A stretch of 64,000 nt of DNA from Takakia lepidozioides (taxonomy: Eukaryota; Plantae; Bryophyta), in NCBI GenBank assembly GCA_030704615.1, contig CM060732.1:17174001-17238000 (forward strand), read 5' to 3'. The translations under genes and the position numbers were made by a program. Below are positions 13,125-21,789 of the stretch, in pieces (the first letter of the stretch is position 1; every line of letters starts with the position of its first letter). The notes under the pieces were generated by a model, which had not been told where the DNA came from, searched no databases, and was given only the letters and a program-made list of their open reading frames with translations.

Positions 13125-13866
13125 TTGAATGTCGTTGACGACATTCACTTCTTTGTCTGAGTCATTCTTAAGCGAGTATATGAATTCACCTGGTTCTAAG
13201 GGTGTAATTATAGTGTCCCTGATTAGAATTGATAATGTCCTTGAATGGCGTTGACGACATTCACAACCGGAGTTGTTGAGAGGTCCTCATAGTTATGTAA
13301 ATTTTTGTAATGTCCATAGAGGTTACAGTGAGGGTTCCTCACTTCATTTTGCTTAATGTCAATGCAGACATTCAGTTGTTCTGCATTGTTTTTGCCTCTT
13401 GCGAGGAATCTGAAGGCTTGATAAGCTCTGTTATGAGAAATCCAAAGTGAATGTTGTTGACGACATTCACTTCTGTGTCTGTATTATTCACCAGTGACAA
13501 TTTGAATTTACATGGATTGGGAGCTAAGTAATTGGTTTCTTGTTGGTATTTTTGTGAATGGCGTTGACGCCATTCACATACAGTGTTGTTGTGAGGTCCT
13601 CAGTGATATGTTCGTTATGAATGTGCATTGAGTTTTCCGGGAGGGTTCCTTACTCGAGTTTATGATTTCCATTCTGTGATTTTGCTTCATTTGAGGAATA
13701 ATTAGGCTTGATTAGGAGTGTATTCACAAATCCAAAGTGAATGTCGTTGACGACATTCACTTCTATGTCTGTGTCATTCCAAAACGATAGTTTGCATTCA
13801 CCCGGATTAGGGTGTATTTACAGTATCATTGAATGGAATGTTTTGAATGGCGTTGACGACATTCAC
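13125..13866. repeat. Intronic array of six 24-bp palindromes in a ~290-320-bp higher-order tandem unit (two palindromes per unit)
   Basis: Copies at 13125, 13241, 13447, 13554, 13737, 13843; consensus GTGAATGTCGT-TG-ACGACATTCAC (11-bp arms); gaps 92/182/83/159/82 bp. Confidence 0.95.
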
Positions 13867-16329
13867 ATCTAGAACAGTCGTGTGGTCCTGAAAGGTCCTT
13901 GGAGCAGTTCTGAGAGCCATTTCAATCTATGTTTTTTTCATTCTGTTCTACTTGCATCTTACTCACTGAGCGCTTTTGTGGGTTGGGATTTATCTCCTTT
14001 TTTTCAGGTACACGAAATATGTGCTCATGGAAGGAAATCACCTGAGCGGAATTCCAGACTATCTTGACATGTGGTCGGACCCTGCAAACGATCCAACCAT
14101 GTATACTGCAGGGATATTGAAGGACTGGAGTCCTTCTCCCTTCAGAGACTGTGGGTGGTACTTTGACTGCCCACCGGAGCACACGACCTTTCAAGAACAG
14201 CATATGAAATACTTGAACAATAACGCTGAGATGCTGGCGCCTTTGACTGACGAAGAGTACTAACGAAACATAGCAACATTGGCTGCCAAGGAGCTTGATG
14301 CTCAGGGAACGCCGCAGAAGGGAAAGAAGGCGGGCCGCAAACCAAAAGACAAGGTTGTTGATGTCATAGCCATCTCACCAGCAAAGCCAAAGGACAAAGA
14401 CAAGTCCAAAGAGAAGGAAAAGGACAAGGGGAAGGAGAAAGAAAAGGAGATGGAGAGTGGGCATGACTTTACTGCTAGAAGATATACCCGCACTGTTCAG
14501 TGCGTATTCGATGCCAAGCCACACCCTTCCCGTTCTGATTCGGCAGAAGAGATGAAAATTGTTAATGAGGGTTGGCTGTCGATGATGCAGAGTCGAAAGA
14601 GAGGATACACTGGGGTGCCTTCGCCTACCTGGGACAATATAATCTCATTCCTCAATCTGATGAGAATTCCAGTTTCTTTCCTTTTTCTTTGAAAGTTTCG
14701 TTGGCAGTATTTCAGTCTCGTTCTTTGAAAACATTCTTGCCATCATTCTTATAAAAAACATGTCTGTTGCAGGTGAGCACAGGTCCCACCTTCGTGTGCG
14801 GTGTGCAAAAAACTTATGTGGCCGACATTGTCATTCTCGACATCCCGGATGGCCAGGCTGTGCCAGAAGTTCTTCCAAAGGGCAAGATGCCAGGCTGGAA
14901 CGAATTCGAGGACAACTACTGGAGTTGGGTGTTCGGGTTCTGTAATAACTTCCTCTCTGATGCAGGGACACTTCTGCTTTTTCAGTCATGTGACAATGAT
15001 AGTCGTCGGGCATTGGCATCATACCTCAAGTCTTCAGGGTTTGAAGTTTTACGCACATGGAATTGTGTGAACAGCCTCTACCTTGTGAAAGGGGGTTTCC
15101 CTGGTCAGCTGGTATGCCGTCTCCCTTCTGCTTGTGCTTTCATGATGAGTTTCAATGTTCTCTGCAGCTCCACTCTAGTAGAATCTGTTTTGATCGACAC
15201 CGATCATCACCGATTCGTGATAAAAATGATTTTATTGTGTCTGAGTTCTGAATAGCCGATGTACACACTTCCACTATAGATTGTGTTTACCACACTAACT
15301 TGCTATCTTTGGCAGACGAGGATGTTTGAGGCGATCTGCCTGCGGAGGATTCGCACCTCAAAGACACCATCCTCCATCCGCAGCTTTGAGATTTCTGACC
15401 AGGGTTGTTTCGTCAACCCCCCCTATGAGCCCCATGTCGATGACATTTTGTACAACTTCATGCAGTCGAGTCAGACTCTGAAGAGACCAGATGGCACTCC
15501 CTGGAGAGGTGCAAATGAAAAGTCCCCAGCGTTCATGCAAATACTGCTGGAGTCATGCAGCCACCGCTCTGCACGGGTGGTCGATCTTTCTGTGTCCACA
15601 TGTTCGTTTCTTTCCCTTCCGAATTGGTTTTCTTTCAACAGTATCATCTGCTTAAATCCCCCCCACCAAACTATTCATGTCCTCCTGTCTGGTGTAGGAG
15701 CAACTTACCATGCATACAAGGCAGGCGGAAGAAGCCTTTTTGGCATGGAGGGTGATTCTGACCTCTACAACACAGTGCTCCTCCCCCTTTTGTCTGGCTC
15801 CACTTCAGGCACACAGACTGATCGGATTCAAATTCGAAATGATGACGATCCCGAAGATAAGCAGGTCGACAACGACTTTTCATGTGAATAAGTGCTAAAC
15901 CCTCTTTGGGAGCCATACTCAATTTCTCAATAACATCAAAGTTACAGTAATAACTTTTTCAGGCTGTCTTTCAGGAAAGGCAACGGTGGATCTTCAGGAG
16001 ATACAGTCATTTCTGGCGAGTCTGTTTTCGACAGCCCCCTTTCCAATTTTCTGCTTCCTGTTTATGCCGAAGCAATGGCACTTCACGCGGCCGAGTCCCT
16101 ATCCCCTAACTTTTTGGTGACCAGCTGTAGGTGTATCCAGCGTGGATCCGGTGTTCTAAAATACTTAGACTTAGATGCAGAGGAAGCGGGGATACATTGT
16201 ACTGACTCTGAGTCAGACTGAACTATATTATTTTAATATTCATTTTCATACTATCTGGAAAAACGTTGAATCCCCTTCCTCCACCATAGTTGTTCCTTTA
16301 GAACAAATAATAATCACATAATCAACTTT

Positions 16330-16700
16330 CATTTAAATTGCAATATGTATGAATCCATCTCACAAACCTCCCTGACTCTTCTCATATCCATTGTGCATTC
16401 ATGCGTGTTCCATTCATGAATTTTTTCCTTTGTTCAACATCCATTGTACATTCATCCTTTGTACTCTTTAATCCACCCCACAAACCTTCCACACTCATTT
16501 CATATACGTTGTGCATTCGTCAAAAGTTTTGGTCATGCATCTTCCTGTCATGAATTTTTGTCATTCCTCAACATCCATTATACATTCATCCATTTTACTC
16601 TTATCCATCCATCATTCATCCATCTACATTCATTTTTCACACTCATCCATCTGTTTATCATCCAACTGTACATTCATCCATCCTTTATTCAATGCCTTTT
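16330..16700. repeat. Low-complexity CATT/CATCC-rich subterminal tract of the MULE
   Basis: Runs such as atccatcatcattcatccatctacattcatt. Confidence 0.7.
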
Positions 16701-16718
16701 ATTATGTCGTCCAGCTTG

Positions 16719-16905
16719 TTTCCGCGGTAAAGGGTGCCGATCCGCGGGAATACACTCCACTTCTTTCTGGGCGTGTGGTGACGCGACCTTCACGTGTGAT
16801 GACGTGGAGTGAGCCCTGTGACGTGGCATTTGCGCAAGGTGACGTGGCGTGAGCGCTGTTGCGCTCACGCGCTCACGTGACCAGGCTCATGCCGAGGCAT
16901 CCCTG
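16719..16905. repeat. Right terminus of the MULE: paired TCCGCGG motifs, TGACGTGG cluster, CGCTCAC repeats
   Basis: tttccgcggtaa..atccgcggga; atgacgtggagtgagc, gtgacgtggca, gtgacgtggcgtgagcgc, gcgctcacgcgctcacgtg; ends ...CCCTG. Confidence 0.75.
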
Positions 16906-16915
16906 GTGCCAGCTC

Positions 16916-17010
16916 TGTCAGAGGCTTCACGACGCTAGGTGTTGGGTCAGGCAATGGATCTCAATTGCTTGACATGGGTCATTGGCTTGTACATGGCTGA
17001 ACAACAGAGA
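16916..17010 (+). pseudogene. C5 DNA methyltransferase domain, 3' part (motif X)
   Basis: SEASRR*VLGQAMDLNCLTW, in frame with 5220-5292 after removing the MULE. Confidence 0.85.
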
Positions 17011-17523
17011 TTGCAAACATTGGTGGCTACTTGTGTACTTCCATTGGATATTGCACCATCTCTGCCAACCGGGACGGTGGAGGCAGTGAGTGGGGGCGAG
17101 CACATGATCATGGGGTGCAAACACCTATGGCAGATGTGGGATGAGATGCACAAAGAGAGAGTCATTGGATCTCTCAAGCAACAGTATGAGGAGTGGGGAG
17201 AGCCATACACTGAGGATCAGTTGGAGGCCAAGGTGGCTAAGGTTTTTGAAGAGGTTGAGAATGTTTATTGCTCAAAAGATGTTCTCAAGGTGGCTATGGC
17301 GGAGCAAGTGGAGGCTGCGCCACAATCAGGGTGGGCGGATAAGGCCCAAGAGGATGCTATCTAGCAACCAAGTGATGCGTCTCCTACCTCCAAGCCTGGT
17401 GTACCCAAGGTTGCAGTCACTAAGGACAATTGGGAACCAGATGTTGGACCTACAGTCACCGGAGGAGAGAGACGGAGGATCCAGTGATTTCTAAGGGCTT
17501 ATAAAAATTGCTTTGCCTTTGGT

Positions 17524-18850
17524 TTGAAGGATTTGGGGAGTTTGAAGGGCCAGGAGATTCGTATTGATTTGGCAAGTGACACGCCAATTTTTCGAAGGCC
17601 CTACAGGTATAGTGACATGGAGAGGTCTTTGATCCAGTCATGGACTATGGAGTTGTTTGAAGCTGGATTGGTGGAGTTGTCAGGCGGGGAGTATGCCTCG
17701 ACAACGGTGATGCCAGCTAAGAATAATATCTATGGCAATTGGACAGAAAGAATGATGTGTGGGGACTATCGTCCTGTGAACCGTCAGACTAAGTCCGATC
17801 GATATGCCATGCCAACTCCAGAGGAAATCTTTGATGCCATTGGGCATGCGAAGGTGTTTAGCACATTGGACTTACGATCGGGTTATCACCAGTTGCCAAT
17901 TAAAGAGGCTGACAAGCAAAAGACGGCATTATGGGGGATTGACCAGCATGGGAAGGATTGTTTGTATCAATGGCGTTTCCTACCATTTGGGTTGAAGAAT
18001 GCTCCTGCAACGTTTCAGAGGGTCATAGATAGGATTCTTGCAGGGCTAGACTTCGCCCGGTGCTACATTGATGACATCATCATCTTTAGTGCCACGGTTG
18101 AGGAGCATGAGAGACACCTTCAGGTGGTGTTGGAGCACTTGAGGGCGCATGGATTGAAATTGCACCCTGGAAAGTGCAAGTTCTTCCACGATCAGATTGA
18201 GTATCTGGGCCACATGATATACCCTGGAGGATTGGGTGTTCAACAGACAAAGGTGGAGGCCATTGCACGCATTCCACGCCCCATAGATGTAAGTCTGAGT
18301 TCGTGCTTTCATTGGGTTGGCAAACTACTATCGTCGGTTTGTCAAGGGATTTAGCAGCATTGCGAAGGCTCTTACCAAGTTGACCAAGGTGGGTCAGGAG
18401 TGGCAGTGGGAGGAGGAGCAGGAGGAAGCCTTTGAGGAACTCAAGGCTCGATTGACTTCTGCGCCTATTCGGGGGCGGCCTTTCCAGCTACATACGGATT
18501 GGAGTATGCTGGGGATTGGAGCAGTGCTCACATAGATGGATGATGAGGGAAGAGAGTTCGTAGTGGCATATGCTAGCCGCTCGAACAATGATGCCGAGGC
18601 GAAGTGTAGTTCTTATGAAGGGGAGTGTCTAGCTGCAGTATGGGCAGTGACACATTTTAGATGCTACCTCTATGGCAATCTCTTCACCCTTGTCACGAAT
18701 CACCAACCATTGAAGTGGTTGATGGAGTCAGACAAGCTTACAGGGAAGCTTGCATGGTGGACACTTATGCTTTAAGAGTACGACTTCCAGGTGGTGCATC
18801 GAGCCGGAATAGTCAACCAGGATGCGGATGGATTGAGTCGCAATCTATGC
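17524..18850 (+). pseudogene. Gypsy reverse transcriptase + RNase H
   Basis: RMMCGDYRPVN, FSTLDLRSGYHQ, LPFGLKNAPATFQR, CYIDDIIIFS, EYLGH; RH: FQLHTDWSMLGIGAVL, VAYASR, EGECLAAVWAV, VTNHQPL, NQDADGLSR. Confidence 0.96.
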
Positions 18851-19199
18851 ACAAGTGAGCTTGATGATACAGGAGCTCATTGGCATGGTGAGACGGACGA
18901 GGAGATGGTGCCAGGATGGCACGCATCTGCCTTTTTGTGCATTCTAGCAATGGGAGCTCAAGCTGGTCTATCCCATGTGATTGGTCATAAAGATAGTGTG
19001 CATGACAATCCAGAGATCAGTGAGGAGCTTGGTGGTGCTAAGAATGTGCATGAAGATGCAGCAGTGTTGGCCTACCTTCGTACTGGAGAGACAGCAGGCA
19101 GTGTGACTGCTACTGAGAGAGATCGGATCCTACAACGAGCCAAAAGGTTCAAGTGGGAGGGGACTCACCTACTCCGAGTATGGGAGGATGGACGAGTGA

Positions 19200-21100
19200 G
19201 GATTGTGCCTCATCCAACATAACGAGCGCGATTGGTACGCCATGCCCATGAGGAGTTGGGATATTTTGGGGTGCGGCGCACTCATAGTTTGTTGCAAGGA
19301 CAGTACTGGTGGCGGGGCATGCACACGGATGTGCAACAGTTGGTGGCAAGGTGCATGGTGTGTGATAGGGTGCGGGTTTTTTTCAATGCACCTACTCCAC
19401 AGTTGCATCCTTTACCCATTATGGGTTTGGGCTATCGTTAGAGTTTTGACTTCGCAGGCCCATTGCCAGTAATGATTCGCCATAATAAATATGTGCTAGT
19501 GATGGTTGAACACTTCTCCAAATGGATTGAACTGGTGGCATTGCCTGACAAGGCAAGTGGGGGGCTACGTATGCATTCTTAGATCGAGTGCTTAGCCAAT
19601 TTGGTGCTCCAGCCGAGGTACTCACGGACCAGGGGAGAGAGTTCTTGGGAGAGTTTCAGGCTTTGTGTGAGCAAACCTTGATAGACCACCGCACTACTTC
19701 TCGGGATCATCCCGAGACTGATGGCTTGGCGGAGAGAGTTGTTCAGACAGTCAAGAGGGGTTTACGCAAGTACGGTTTGCAGAAGGGACACCTGGGAGAT
19801 TGGGACCTTCAGCTGCCTTGGTTGGCTATGGGCTATAGATTCAGCAAACAAGCGTCACTTGCCTCCTTCTCACCTTACTTTCTTCTCTTCGGCCGAGAGC
19901 CAGATTTGCCTGCATCTATTCACAGGGAGGCTGCAGTAGTCATTGACCTTGATGATCCGGATGTGTGGACACAAGCGTGTGACCAGTGGGCAGAATTGTT
20001 CAGGGTAGATGCAGACTAGAGTGGCTCAGTTTGGACTGCGATTTGCAGTTTTTGATTGACTGCTTGTCATATTATTCTTCACCCTATACACATAAGTATA
20101 TGTTTATAGCAAATGGACTTAAAATGGGTTAGCCACTCACCATATGTACATGTAGGTATAATTATTTTGGAATTTGGATGAAATTTCATGAAGCTATGAA
20201 CTATTGCAGGGAATTTCAATGGACTGTCACAATCCATCTATTATCCCAAATGCCATCTGAAAAACCTATTTATGCAAAACCAATTCATATATGGACTTTA
20301 CAACTAGATACACAATGTTTGAATAGACACAAATATAAATTTGTGAACAAATCCATCCATCCATCAAGACACGGACTTTTTGTACAAAAAAAACCCCCAA
20401 AATGACGATTTGTCCATAGCATTTTGAAAATTCATATTTGGGTCGAGATATTTGCTAAGAATATATATATTGTTATTGTATCTAGGAGTTTATTATTATA
20501 TGGACAAATTTCATAAACTACAAGATAATAATAAATAGCTATTATTTTTAAATAAGAAAAATATATTTTAGAAAATATATAACCAAAAAATTTCATATAT
20601 TTGGGATGAGACCATTTACTAAATATGATTAGTATACTATTACCTATAAAGATAAAAATATATTTGAGCAAATATCCTTAATTGAAATTTAATTAATTTT
20701 TTCTCATGACTTTCAGTGGAGGGCACATCTGCCGCTTTTGAGCCAATGTAGTCTGCGCTTACTATTCAAGAGAGTCATGCTTATGGCTTTTGAGAACCTG
20801 CCCAACACCGAGACACATTGAGGTATGTCACCATACGTGGAGGCGGATATCGACCAGGTGTTCGGAGATTCAACCCTGGGGACTATGTGTATCTGCAACA
20901 GACAGCACCTACGACCTTGGATGTTACAGCAGGACGTGTGATTCTATAGGTACGGGAGGTGTTGCCTTCAGGAGTGTTGATTCTGGAGGGTCGAGATGGC
21001 ATGGCATGGAAGGACCATGTGCGTAATTGTGCGCCATGTCACCTTCCATATGTGGATGGGAGGATAGATCCCAACCTTGCAGTGGTACCTGCAGGGTTGC
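19200..21100 (+). pseudogene. Gypsy integrase (HHCC, DDE core, C-terminal region), split by a 762-bp insertion
   Basis: HAHEELGYFG..YWWRGMHTDV..CMVC; DFAGPLP; VLTDQGREF; HPETDGLAERVVQTVK; SPYFLLFGREP; resumes KRVMLMAFENL at 20769 and RFNPGDYVYL. Confidence 0.93.
20003..20764. mobile_element. AT-rich non-autonomous TIR element (MITE-like) with 4-bp TSD TTCA
   Basis: TTCA at 19999-20002 and 20765-20768; imperfect TIR gggtagatgcagactagagtggctca vs rc tagtaagcgcagactacattggctca; removal restores ELFKRVM. Confidence 0.8.
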
Positions 21101-21102
21101 GT

Positions 21103-21237
21103 TGCATGCTATGTGGGCATGCTGGTGGTGCAACCACCATGCTGGTGTGTGATAAATGCTCAAAGGGGTGACACGTGGGATGCTTGACACCGCCACTTGA
21201 AGAGGTTCCTAGCGGAGAATGGTTATGTCCACGATGC
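21103..21237 (+). pseudogene. PHD finger (C4HC3) at the integrase C-terminus
   Basis: CMLC..[32 protein letters not shown]; TGA at 21169 replaces W. Confidence 0.92.
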
Positions 21238-21789
21238 TTTGGACAGAGATAGTGGACATGACAATGATGAGGTTGACAAGGACCCAAGGTCTAGCAAGTG
21301 GGGGTTCAACGCCATGGATCCCCCATTGAAAGCCATGGATTGCAGGAAGGCGACTAACGATCGGGTTACTTTTGCATCCGGCCTCTTGATCTATCGACTT
21401 CGGATACTGGGGACTTGTGTGGTTGAAGATTACTGCCACGGTGCGGGTAGGATCAATCACTCATGTACTTGCATGTCTCTAGCACCTTGCAATATTCCAA
21501 GAGAGGTGTACTACCGGCAATGCGGGCTCATGTGGCATAGATCTAATTACATAGAGGAGTATGACCAGGTTCTTACACAACGCATTGAGCTAGATAGATT
21601 TTCGCTGGTCGGTTTGTTCGCATGCATAGTCCAGCCGCAAACAACATATCCGTCTCGTAGGAACTGTCAGTGAGAATTGCCTTGTTCGTTCTCGCTCAGC
21701 TTCGATGTACCTCTTTCTGAAAGGAGAAGATCTGCATTGAAATTGTTCAAGGACATCTTGCCGTATTCACAGATTTACTCGGATGCGAC

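Larger units (their letters stand above)
10262..15891 (+). pseudogene. Spliced cargo gene: ParB/Srx-like N-terminal domain fused to a beta-class N6-adenine/N4-cytosine DNA methyltransferase-like domain (this copy carries lesions; may extend to ~16220)
   Basis: Exons with GT-AG ends approx 11270-11923, 12018-12210, 12295-12732, 12818-~13006, 14008-14671, 14773-15111, 15316-15601, 15698-15891. ParB-like FYIWDDNHRLLAW (cf. IxDGNHR) at 11763-11801. MTase: ADIVILDIPDG (motif IV position), FLSDAGTLLLF, WRGANEKSPAFMQILLESCS, RVVDLSVST[G]ATYHA, GRSLFGMEGD. Order IV then I = beta class. In-frame TAA at 14261. First exon from 10262 is tentative. Confidence 0.78.
5293..16905. mobile_element. 11.6-kb non-TIR Mutator-like (MULE) DNA transposon nested in the Gypsy methyltransferase domain
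   Basis: Perfect direct repeat GTGCCAGCTC at 5283-5292 and 16906-16915; removing the insert restores the frame ...AMGFATGTTAVPAL|SEASRR*VLGQAMDLNCLTW; encodes a MULE transposase. Confidence 0.92.
1696..21289 (+). mobile_element. Degenerate Ty3/Gypsy LTR retrotransposon internal region: gag-PR-C5 DNA methyltransferase-RT-RH-INT-PHD, interrupted by two nested insertions; 3' LTR not found
   Basis: Ordered domain motifs on + strand (RT before integrase = Gypsy order); many TAG/TAA/TGA stops and frameshifts; candidate LTR end ...TTTACAACA at 1695. Confidence 0.92.

Noticed and set aside
13125-13866. CRISPR array (palindromic repeats with spacers)
   Set aside because: Spacers are 82-182 bp, alternate in length and are homologous to each other; no cas genes; lies in an intron of a eukaryotic gene.
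10262-15891. Bacterial contamination or prophage ParB-methylase
   Set aside because: Gene is split by multiple GT-AG introns and nested between TSDs within a plant retrotransposon.
16444-16852. His/Ile/Phe-rich ORFs
   Set aside because: Translations of the low-complexity CATT/CATCC subterminal tract.
5293-16905. KDZ/Zisupton or hAT classification (an 8-bp TSD reading is possible and SWIM is present)
   Set aside because: The core shows the MULE pattern (D..D, CxxH, N..E..N) with an upstream GCM/WRKY-type finger; 9-10-bp TSDs fit Mutator.
21197-21673. 158-aa ORF after the PHD finger as a gene or 3' LTR
   Set aside because: No recognisable motifs, overlaps the PHD frame, and no match to bases 1-1695 or clear PPT/LTR start was seen.
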